Positions 1 through 7,745 are shown, numbered from the stretch's first letter. The stretch is 11,987 bases of DNA from Promethearchaeati archaeon (GCA_013166835.1 JABLTI010000140.1:1-11987); one strand, 5' to 3'. Notes: a model not told the origin generated them from the letters alone. A program made the numbers and translations.

Positions 1-672
1 TTTAATCGACCACTCGAGAACTTGACTGTATATCTAATTGCAAATGGACCGCTTACACCAAATCAAATAACAGTTATTGTAAACATTCTAGCATTTATTG
101 TGGCAGGATGCTTCATAGCTTCCCCATACCTAGTAGCGAGTCACTTAATGCTCGCAAGAGCACTTCCCTGGTTAGCATTTATTGGTCTTGTTGGAGTAAA
201 CATTCTGGATGGAGTCGATGGGAAACTTGCCAGGATAAGAGATAAATTAACGTTACTCGGACATCTAGAACACAGTTTTGATCAGCTTTACGAACAAACA
301 GTTTATTTTGCAGCAATGTGGTATAGTTTGAATATTACAGAGCAAAAACTTATTCCATGGATTATCTTAATTATTGCTTTCTTAATAATGGACACATTCA
401 ATAGACATGTTTCAATGCAATATTATAATGTGATGAGAATTTCTTTAGCTGATAGTGGGAGATTAGACAGAATGTTCAGGAGAATAGACGGAAGAAGAAA
501 CACTTATACAATCCATTTTTTGATATTCTTACTCATTCCATGGAAACAATATCTTATAATCTCAATGTTGACACATGCAACGATAACTAGTCTAATCTAC
601 GCAAGTAGAGCAATATATCATCTCCGAAGAGCAGATAAAGGAATCTTCCCAAAAACTGAAGGAAATGAGTGA
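1..672 (+). CDS. CDP-alcohol phosphatidyltransferase family membrane protein (5'-partial; frame is open from base 1)
   Basis: Frame reads FNRPLENLTVYLIANGPLTPNQIT from base 1 with no stop, so the TTG at 22 is probably not the true start. Contains the TPNxIT motif, the signature DGVDGKLAR-x8-G-HLEHSFD (208-282) and several hydrophobic TM segments. Stop TGA at 670-672. Confidence 0.88.
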   Translation, partial: FNRPLENLTVYLIANGPLTPNQITVIVNILAFIVAGCFIASPYLVASHLMLARALPWLAFIGLVGVNILDGVDGKLARIRDKLTLLGHLEHSFDQLYEQTVYFAAMWYSLNITEQKLIPWIILIIAFLIMDTFNRHVSMQYYNVMRISLADSGRLDRMFRRIDGRRNTYTIHFLIFLLIPWKQYLIISMLTHATITSLIYASRAIYHLRRADKGIFPKTEGNE

Positions 673-744
673 CAAGAAACAGTTTGGAAAAATAAAGAAA
701 TCTTTTTAGTGAAGATTGTAGAAAACTAAGAAGTGGTATTTTTA

Positions 745-1650
745 ATGGTAAGATTGTTCCGTGGTAAAACACCAGAAATTAAGGATGATGAGGGGAAAGT
801 AATTCCAACAAGCATTGCTTCACTTGAGCAAATAACACTCGGTGGATATAAACAATGGATTCTTATTAGAACTCATAATGTAAAAAATCCTTTACTTTTA
901 TTTCTCCATGGGGGACCTGGTTCAACAGAGATGGGGTTTGCTCATAAATACGAAAAAAAACTTGAGGAGCATTTCATATTCGTTAATTGGGATCAAAGAG
1001 GATCAGGAAAGTCGTTTTCTAGAAAAATCCCCAAGGATAGTATGAACATTGAGCAATTTGTTTCGGACGCTCACGAATTAGTTCTACATTTAATGAAACG
1101 CTTTAAGAAAGATAAAATTGTACTCGTTGGTCATTCATGGGGGAGCATGTTAGGTGTTCTCCTAGTGCAAAGATATCCTGAACTATTTTCAGCTTATGTT
1201 GGAATTGGTCAAGCAACAAATCTAACAGAAAATGAAAAGGTGTCGTATCAATTCACCCTAGATGAAGCAAGAAAAAGGGGAAATAAGAAAGCAGAACGGC
1301 AGCTTTTGAAACTACAACCTCCGTATTTCGACGATATAATGCAGTTAAATAAACAAAGAAAGTGGATGAATAAATTTGGAGGAGCACTTTATAACCAAAC
1401 ATCTATTTGGCCATTACTTAAAGTGATGTTTGGGGCTCCTGAATTTACCATAAGAGATATTCTAAAATTTCTACAAGGAACTGTTTTTTCTAACAAATCA
1501 ATGTGGTCAGAGATCATTGAGAAAACAGATTTACCAAAAGATGCTTGTAAGTTTTCCATCCCAGTGTACTTTATCATGGGCAAATATGATTATAATACCC
1601 CTTATGTGTTAGCAGAAGCATATTTTAAGAAGATTCAAGCTCCATGGTAG
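745..1650 (+). CDS. Alpha/beta-fold hydrolase (proline iminopeptidase-like), C-terminally truncated; probable pseudogene or assembly defect
   Basis: HGGPG oxyanion motif, WDQRGSGKS, GHSWG nucleophile elbow and GKYDYNTP (acid residue). Ends at IQAPW* with no catalytic-His segment. Likely start is ATG 745, preceded by GTGGT; the ORF track uses GTG 733. Confidence 0.88.
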   Translation: MVRLFRGKTPEIKDDEGKVIPTSIASLEQITLGGYKQWILIRTHNVKNPLLLFLHGGPGSTEMGFAHKYEKKLEEHFIFVNWDQRGSGKSFSRKIPKDSMNIEQFVSDAHELVLHLMKRFKKDKIVLVGHSWGSMLGVLLVQRYPELFSAYVGIGQATNLTENEKVSYQFTLDEARKRGNKKAERQLLKLQPPYFDDIMQLNKQRKWMNKFGGALYNQTSIWPLLKVMFGAPEFTIRDILKFLQGTVFSNKSMWSEIIEKTDLPKDACKFSIPVYFIMGKYDYNTPYVLAEAYFKKIQAPW

Positions 1651-1715
1651 AAAAAGTACTCAAAGAAGTTAAGTAAGTTAATAAGAGAGGAAAAAAGAAC
1701 TCAACGTGAGAACAA

Positions 1716-2369
1716 ATGGCTAATGAATATATTAAAGCTGAAGGATTAGTAAAAGACTACATTTTAGGGACAACAGTCGTTCACGCACTAAGAGATGTTA
1801 GTTTTAGTATTCGCCAAGGAGAGATATTATTTCTAATGGGACCTTCGGGAAGTGGTAAAACTACGTTCTACAACGACGAGGAGATAACTAAGCTAAAACC
1901 ATCAGCTTTAACAAAATTCAGAAAAGAGAGATTATCATATGTCTTTCAATTTTATTCATTAATACCGACACTCACCGCTATAGAAAATGTACAATTAATG
2001 ATGGGACTAGTTGATATTAAAGGAAAAGAGTTGAAACAAAAGTCAGAGGAAGCATTACGAGCAGTAGGATTAGAGGAAAGAATGAATAATTTCCCATCAC
2101 AGCTTTCAGGAGGGGAACGGCAAAGAGTAGCTATTGCAAGGGCACTAGCTAAAGATCCAGAAGTGATTATTTTCGATGAGCCAACTGGGCAGCTTGATCA
2201 GGAAATAGGTATTAAGGTCGTAGAGCTGGTTAGGGATATTTGTAAAGAAAAACAAAAAACGGTTATTTTGGTAACTCATGATCAGAGTGTAACTCACCTT
2301 GCTGACAGAGTCTTACATCTTCATTCTGGAAGGATCAATAAGGAAGAATCGGTCAATAACGGAAAATGA
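1716..2369 (+). CDS. ABC transporter ATP-binding protein, LolD/MacB/FtsE-like, with an apparent in-frame deletion after Walker A
   Basis: Walker A GPSGSGKTT, Q-loop YVFQ, signature LSGGERQRVAIARAL, Walker B IIFDEPTGQLD and H-loop VTHD. Lies directly upstream of an FtsX-type permease. Confidence 0.92.
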   Translation: MANEYIKAEGLVKDYILGTTVVHALRDVSFSIRQGEILFLMGPSGSGKTTFYNDEEITKLKPSALTKFRKERLSYVFQFYSLIPTLTAIENVQLMMGLVDIKGKELKQKSEEALRAVGLEERMNNFPSQLSGGERQRVAIARALAKDPEVIIFDEPTGQLDQEIGIKVVELVRDICKEKQKTVILVTHDQSVTHLADRVLHLHSGRINKEESVNNGK

Positions 2370-2393
2370 TTGGATTTTTTGTGGTGGTTTTAA

Positions 2394-4781
2394 ATGACTA
2401 AGAAAACTCGAAAGATTCCAAGGAGAAACACACTAATAGCTAAGTCTGCTATTAGAGATATTTATCAAAAGAAGACTAGGAGTCTTACTACTATCATTGC
2501 TGTTATGTTTGTCACTGCCTTTCCTATCGCTTTTCTGAAAACCTCTGATTCACTAACTTTGTCACTTGATAATGAATCTGAAACTCTAAAGCTAGGGCAT
2601 ATTGGTTTCCGATCCAGTTTTCTTAATGACACACTTATTCAACAAATAGAAATGATTGTAGATGACGAAACGAATAATACTGCCTTACTTGAGAAAAGAG
2701 TTGTTGCGTACGGAGCAACTATGAACCTTGAAGAAACGTATTCTACAGTGTTTATCGGAGTGAATAATTCTTCTCCACCTAAAATTAATCAAATTACTAT
2801 TGATGAAGGATATTTTGCAAGTGAAGCAACTGAAGTGATGATTCTTAGCAGTTTTGCGAAAGAAGCAAATTTGGAGCGTGGTGATGAAATCACAATAAAG
2901 GGATTTACGGGGGAAAAAACTCTAGAGATAGTGGCATTAGTGCATTCTATAGAATGGCTGAATTTCAAACTTACAAACAATGCTGTTCTTTGGATGAATG
3001 AATCTGTAGTAAGAGAATTACAAGGTCTGTCAGATAATACATACACTAGTGTTCTTGTTTATTTGAGTGAAGAAACAGCATTTGATGATGTTTTAGCTGT
3101 TGGTGAAAGAGTTCGACAGCATTTTATCTCGTTAGGTATTCCACTCACATTCGTTGATTACCCTCGAGAGTTATCTATAAGAGCAATACTAATTGGCGCA
3201 GCAGATCTAATTTCTAGGTACCTAAGTATTTGCACTGTTTTAACGATAATAATCAGCGGTTTTGTTATGTACATTATAATGAGTCGATTTGTTGCAGAAC
3301 AAAGAAGACTAATAGGAGTTTTTCATAGTTTTGGTTTTCGTTATTTAACAATTATCCGTATGTTTACTATTCGTGCTGCGGTTTTGGGAGCAATTGGATG
3401 CTTATTAGGTGTGGGAGTATCATATGGGATTCTATCACTAATTACTATGAATTTAGGACAATCTTGGGGAGTTACAACTATTGTCTTAAGTGTTGATTGG
3501 TTCACCATTCTTTGGGTTTGCTTAATGGCAATGGGCTCAACATTAGTGTTTGCTATTATCCCAGCTCTAGGGGTTGCTAGAATGAATCCCTATGAAGCTT
3601 TACGTGGGAAAATGACTACGGATGTAACAAAGAAATCAATCATAGATTATTTATTGTTTACAAAATATCTCCCACAAATTCCAAGAATAGGGATAAGAAA
3701 CCTTAACAGACAAAAAGTGAGAACTTGGGTGACGATTTTCTCAGTTATGAGTGCTCTTGCATTAAGTGCTTCTTTAGTTGCAACAGTTGATATTACAAAT
3801 CATCAAATCCCGAAAAATATTAATGAGTCCATTAATTGGGATGTAGAAGCATATTTCCATTTACCAGTTTCTCAAGCAGTTATAGATTCATATGCTTCTT
3901 TGTCACATGTAGAAATTGTTGAATCGTATTTTCGAATGACTACAATGACTACTACGAATGATACTTCAATTATATTCCTAGATGTTCAACCATGGAATAG
4001 TAATATGACGAGGCATAATTTTAGAGAAGGGCATGGTTTTTCAGAGGAAGGATCGAATGAATGTCTGATAAGTGCTCGAGTAATGCATGATCTGGGAATG
4101 TCAAATGGTGATAATATTACTCTCTGGTTTTATCAGATGCAACTCGAGTTTACAATTGTAGGAGTATCTGATTCCTGGGCATCTCCTTCATCAGTTATCA
4201 TACAAAAGGAACACTTGGAATCAATCCTGGGACCAGCAATCCGTTTCACAGCAATAAGAATGATAGTGGAAGATGGTTATCAAGATGAAATTGTTGATTC
4301 GCTTAACGATAATGATACGAGTATAAGCTTCGCAACTACAAATGATCTCTTCTTGAAGAAAATGATGGAAATTGTGCATGTCGAACAAGAAATAGCCTAT
4401 GTTGCAGTGGTCTTAGGTTTTATAGTCGCTTTCATAGCAATATTCAACACCACTTTTATCTCCTCACTCGAGAGAACAAGAGAATTCGCAATTATGCGAG
4501 CATTTGGTTTTTCCAATTACTCAATTCTCCAAATAAGTGGCATTGAGAATGCAGTATTAACTCCGGCATCATTTCTAGCAGGCATGGTACTTGCTTATCC
4601 AATCACATTAGTTTTTCTGGGTTTAATAGAAAAATATACTCAAACAATTCCTTACAATTTCAGTTGGCAAACTGTTTGGATTACTTTGTTGTTTGCTTTC
4701 GGAACAACATTGATTGCAGTTATTCCAGGATGGTTCCATAATATTAAACAAGAATTGGCTAACAGTTTAAGAGAAGAATAA
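2394..4781 (+). CDS. ABC transporter permease, FtsX/MacB-like, with duplicated architecture (2 x [TM + extracytoplasmic domain + 3 TM])
   Basis: Two repeats of the family pattern: RDIYQKKTRSLTT / RNLNRQKVRTWVT and EQRRLIGVFHSFGF / ERTREFAIMRAFGF. Half-ends are 'MNPYEALR' and 'LANSLREE'. GTGGTGG RBS-like motif upstream of the ATG. Confidence 0.92.
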   Translation: MTKKTRKIPRRNTLIAKSAIRDIYQKKTRSLTTIIAVMFVTAFPIAFLKTSDSLTLSLDNESETLKLGHIGFRSSFLNDTLIQQIEMIVDDETNNTALLEKRVVAYGATMNLEETYSTVFIGVNNSSPPKINQITIDEGYFASEATEVMILSSFAKEANLERGDEITIKGFTGEKTLEIVALVHSIEWLNFKLTNNAVLWMNESVVRELQGLSDNTYTSVLVYLSEETAFDDVLAVGERVRQHFISLGIPLTFVDYPRELSIRAILIGAADLISRYLSICTVLTIIISGFVMYIIMSRFVAEQRRLIGVFHSFGFRYLTIIRMFTIRAAVLGAIGCLLGVGVSYGILSLITMNLGQSWGVTTIVLSVDWFTILWVCLMAMGSTLVFAIIPALGVARMNPYEALRGKMTTDVTKKSIIDYLLFTKYLPQIPRIGIRNLNRQKVRTWVTIFSVMSALALSASLVATVDITNHQIPKNINESINWDVEAYFHLPVSQAVIDSYASLSHVEIVESYFRMTTMTTTNDTSIIFLDVQPWNSNMTRHNFREGHGFSEEGSNECLISARVMHDLGMSNGDNITLWFYQMQLEFTIVGVSDSWASPSSVIIQKEHLESILGPAIRFTAIRMIVEDGYQDEIVDSLNDNDTSISFATTNDLFLKKMMEIVHVEQEIAYVAVVLGFIVAFIAIFNTTFISSLERTREFAIMRAFGFSNYSILQISGIENAVLTPASFLAGMVLAYPITLVFLGLIEKYTQTIPYNFSWQTVWITLLFAFGTTLIAVIPGWFHNIKQELANSLREE

Positions 4782-4838
4782 GAAAAACAATAATTCGATA
4801 CGTATTTCAATTATTAAGAATAAGTTAACTTGATTAAC

Positions 4839-5303
4839 ATGCTTTGGGTAACAATGCCTCGAGATAAGATTACTGATTTTGTAGAAAAAACAGGGGCAAT
4901 ACCCTATGATACTGGTTTAGGGACTGAACTAAATCACTACGAGTTAGATGGTGAAAAATACTGCTCATTTGATGCTTTTATGAGGAAATATGATTTAGGA
5001 AGTGATGAAGCTTTAGCTCTATTACAGAAAATTGTTCGAGCAGCAGATACTAATCGATTTGATGAGGAACCATTAGCCTGGGGCTTAGAAGCAATCGCTA
5101 GTGGAACACCTTTGTTAGTAGAAACAGACCATGATGCATTAGAAATGGAATTCCCCTTCTATGACGCAATCTATGCTTTCTTACAACGAGAAATAGTTAT
5201 CAAAAAGAACAAAGATGAATTTGCCAAGCAAAAAACTCGAGGGGAGAAAACAGAATTCCTAAGAAATGCAATTGCAAAACTTAAGTCAAAAAAGATATTG
5301 TAA
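4839..5303 (+). CDS. Chromate-resistance ChrB C-terminal-domain (ChrF-like) protein with an apparent N-terminal internal deletion
   Basis: Family motifs recognised by eye: MxWVT, GAIPYD, H...CSFDAF..KY.L, IVRAADT, GLEAIxxG, DH..LE...YDAIY. Likely start is ATG 4839; the ORF track uses TTG 4830. Confidence 0.82.
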   Translation: MLWVTMPRDKITDFVEKTGAIPYDTGLGTELNHYELDGEKYCSFDAFMRKYDLGSDEALALLQKIVRAADTNRFDEEPLAWGLEAIASGTPLLVETDHDALEMEFPFYDAIYAFLQREIVIKKNKDEFAKQKTRGEKTEFLRNAIAKLKSKKIL

Positions 5304-5320
5304 TTTGTGTGAAATTACAA
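5298..5320. terminator. Candidate hairpin or bidirectional terminator between convergent genes
   Basis: Perfect 9-bp inverted repeat TTGTAATTT-gtgtg-AAATTACAA overlapping the stop codon of the ChrB-like gene, in the 30-nt gap before the convergent GNAT stop. The stem is AT-rich, so the function is uncertain. Confidence 0.4.
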
Positions 5321-5333
5321 CCTAGGATCCATT

Positions 5334-6278
5334 TCAAAGATATGGATATTTGTGTTTAATTACAGCTATATTATCACTTGCCTTTTTGAAACCAGTTTTC
5401 TCATAAAGCTTGTAAGCACCAACGTTGGAAACTGTGACAGCTAGTCTAATACGCTTAATATCCCTCCTAGAGGATTCCAAGATTATGTTTTTCATCAAAG
5501 CTTTCCCTAAACCCTTTCTTTGATGGTCAGGATGAATACACATTTCACCGATGAATGCAACATCTTTTTGGGAGGTGAAAACTTGGCTAATACCAACGAT
5601 CTTACTCTCAAAGATAATCTGTGGGTTAATGGCAGGATCCAATTTTGTGAAATTCTCAGTAGCTCCGCCAAAGACTTGCTTGGTGATTTCTGCGCTTCTC
5701 ATTTCAGGATAAATATGGGTATCAGTATGACCTATAGGATTTGCATCAACCAGTACTTGCATAATTTCATCTACTTTATTAATGGAGAAAGGCTCGAATG
5801 TGTATCCTTCAGGAAGAGTGTATGAATAATCAAGAACATCTTTGACTTCAAGGTTCATTGAAGCTCGCTGGAAAATTAGGTAACCATCTTTCTTTAGGAT
5901 CTCTTCAAAATTGGGTTCCTTATTGAATGGTAACCCCATTTGGAGCCTGAAATGTTGGAAACCTGTTTCAAATGCTTTGGCTGTCAATGTTTTTACTAGT
6001 TCGGAAGCTGTATTCTGATCATAGCTTTTAGGTAAGACATAGAGAGAAATTGCTTCAATAATTTCTCCTCTAGCAGAACCACTAATGAAGCCACAAGGAG
6101 CTCCATCTAAGTAACCACAAAAAGCAATTCGTTCCTCTTCTTCCAGATTAGTTCTGAATTGAGTGAGAATGCTCTCAAGTTGTTCCTTGTCTTTCACTCC
6201 ACGAATATCTTGGAGGTACTCTCGCATCAAAACTTCCCAATCATCTAGAACCTTTTTCTCTTCAATAACAAGCGACAT
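5334..6278 (-). CDS. Tandem-domain GNAT family N-acetyltransferase
   Basis: C-terminal GNAT has the acetyl-CoA motif IHPDHQRKGLGKALM and NVGAYKLYEKTGF. The N-terminal GNAT fold is degenerate (LYVLPKSYDQNTASELV). Likely start is ATG 6278 (MSLVIEE); the ORF track extends to 6311. Confidence 0.88.
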   Translation of the reverse strand: MSLVIEEKKVLDDWEVLMREYLQDIRGVKDKEQLESILTQFRTNLEEEERIAFCGYLDGAPCGFISGSARGEIIEAISLYVLPKSYDQNTASELVKTLTAKAFETGFQHFRLQMGLPFNKEPNFEEILKKDGYLIFQRASMNLEVKDVLDYSYTLPEGYTFEPFSINKVDEIMQVLVDANPIGHTDTHIYPEMRSAEITKQVFGGATENFTKLDPAINPQIIFESKIVGISQVFTSQKDVAFIGEMCIHPDHQRKGLGKALMKNIILESSRRDIKRIRLAVTVSNVGAYKLYEKTGFKKASDNIAVIKHKYPYL

Positions 6279-6408
6279 ACAATAAACTCTGGTTAAGAAA
6301 TAAATAAACAATTGCTTAAGTGAAAGAAAAAATCGGGATATTTCTTAAATACCCAGAAAACATTGAGCTAGTAGAAATTAATAATTAGAATTTTAAGATG
6401 GGGAAAAA

Positions 6409-7074
6409 ATGCTCTTAGCAGAAAAAATGTTTGTTTTAACAATTGATGAAGAAACAGGAAAAATGAATTATCCATTTCTCTTTAGTTATGTAATCACTGG
6501 AGCATTATTAATCGAATTGCTCTTTTTGAAGAAGATAAGCCTTGAGAAGCAAAGATTCAAAGTCTTAGTGCATCCGCAAGATTCCACAGCAACGGGCAAT
6601 AAAGCATTAGATTACATTCTTGAAAAAATATGCAACTCTGATAGCAAATCCTTAGGGAAATGGATAAGGAAATATAGCAATTTTCCAGACCTGAAGATAA
6701 TGGAGTTATTGGTTGAATCAATGAAAGAAGAAGGCATTATACGTGATGTTATTGAAAAAACCCAGATGAGAATTTTCAAGAAAACGGAATATCCCTTAAC
6801 AAAACCGGGGATAAAGAACGAAATCTTAGAGGAAATAAGACAAGGGATTATAACAGAAACGCAACCAACACAAAACGCACTAGCACTAATTTCGCTAATG
6901 TATGCTACCTGGACATGGAGGAATCTCATTGAGAAAAAAGATAGGAAAGCAGCCAAAAAGAAAATGAAGAAATTGTTTGCTAAAAGAGAAAAATCTCTGC
7001 TTATGGAATATTCTGAAAGCATTTATTATGTTGCCAAAGAAATAAGGAATCAAGTTTCCAGTGCTGCAGCTTGA
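6409..7074 (+). CDS. GPP34 family protein (GOLPH3/Vps74 homologue)
   Basis: Family pattern MxLAExxFxLxxDxxxG, GAxLIELxxxxxI, TGxxxLDxxL, W, L..S...EGII, 'IF...YPL' hairpin, ALISL and a small-residue (SAAA) C-terminus. Length 221 aa is typical of prokaryotic members. Confidence 0.82.
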   Translation: MLLAEKMFVLTIDEETGKMNYPFLFSYVITGALLIELLFLKKISLEKQRFKVLVHPQDSTATGNKALDYILEKICNSDSKSLGKWIRKYSNFPDLKIMELLVESMKEEGIIRDVIEKTQMRIFKKTEYPLTKPGIKNEILEEIRQGIITETQPTQNALALISLMYATWTWRNLIEKKDRKAAKKKMKKLFAKREKSLLMEYSESIYYVAKEIRNQVSSAAA

Positions 7075-7079
7075 AATGT

Positions 7080-7745
7080 TCAAAACTGTTTTTTACTGAA
7101 AATGAAGATTTCAACAAACAGAATGATGATAGTTACAGCTACGCCTATGCCAAGAGAGATAGGCAAAGGTTCTATGTTCTCAAGAAAGATCCCTGGTAAA
7201 ATAGCAACAACTGAAAGCTGTTCTCCTAAATAAATCGATAAGATAGCAGCTAAAGCTACTGATTTCACAAGAATTCCGATGAGAATACCCATCACACATG
7301 AAATAGAGATAGCAGCAAGGGAGATAGCAAGTGATTCTAAAACCTCGAGTATAGCAGGACCAGCTGGTACCTCACCTGTAATGGCATCGACAACTAATCC
7401 AGCAGCAAAACTGAGAATCGAAGCCAAAGTTATACTGAGGAAGACTGCCACATACTTAGCGAAAAGAATATGCCATCTCTTCACTGGACGAATTAAAAAT
7501 AGGTCATAGACATTAGCATTGAGTTCATTGACAAGAGAAGTACTCAGCATAACTGCACCAAGTAAGCCACCAATACTGGCTATAAATAAGGCTGTGAAAA
7601 GGGTTAGAGGGATCCCCTCAGTATCAAATTGAATGAAATGCAAGATAATTGCTAAAATAGGCAAACCAACCCAGAGAGCAATCATGATTTTGGATTTGAC
7701 AAACCCTCGAAATTCATCGCCGAGGAGGAGGAAGAGGCTGTTCAT
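7080..7745 (-). CDS. ABC-2 type transporter permease
   Basis: About 6 hydrophobic TM segments with the motif E.....YDLFLIRPVKRWHILFAKY. Its ATG overlaps the ATPase stop by 4 nt (ATGA, 7742-7745). Confidence 0.88.
   Translation of the reverse strand: MNSLFLLLGDEFRGFVKSKIMIALWVGLPILAIILHFIQFDTEGIPLTLFTALFIASIGGLLGAVMLSTSLVNELNANVYDLFLIRPVKRWHILFAKYVAVFLSITLASILSFAAGLVVDAITGEVPAGPAILEVLESLAISLAAISISCVMGILIGILVKSVALAAILSIYLGEQLSVVAILPGIFLENIEPLPISLGIGVAVTIIILFVEIFIFSKKQF

Noticed and set aside
587-772. 61-aa minus-strand ORF
   Set aside because: Overlaps two well-supported + strand genes in antisense and has no recognisable motif.
1648-1749. TAG readthrough (pyrrolysine) or programmed frameshift to rescue the hydrolase
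   Set aside because: Readthrough gives KKYSKKLSKLIREEKRTQRENKWLMNILKLKD* and the shifted frame gives MVEKVLKEVK*. Neither supplies a His, so recoding cannot restore the triad.
1389-3046. Minus-strand ORFs 1389-1583 and 2789-3046
   Set aside because: Antisense shadows fully inside the hydrolase and permease genes.
3935-3965. ATGACTACA/ATGACTACT short tandem repeat in the permease
   Set aside because: Two imperfect in-frame copies encoding MTTMTTT, too short to imply phase variation.
1-7074. Functional link between the CDP-alcohol phosphatidyltransferase and GPP34 as a phosphoinositide module
   Set aside because: The genes are about 5.7 kb apart in different transcription units, the enzyme substrate is unknown, and the PI4P-binding residues appear absent from the GPP34 protein.
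5520-7509. ORFs 5520-5825 (+), 6612-7022 (-), 6895-7083 (-) and 7279-7509 (+)
   Set aside because: Antisense shadows of the GNAT, GPP34 and ABC-2 permease genes. Their composition mirrors the sense-strand codon bias.
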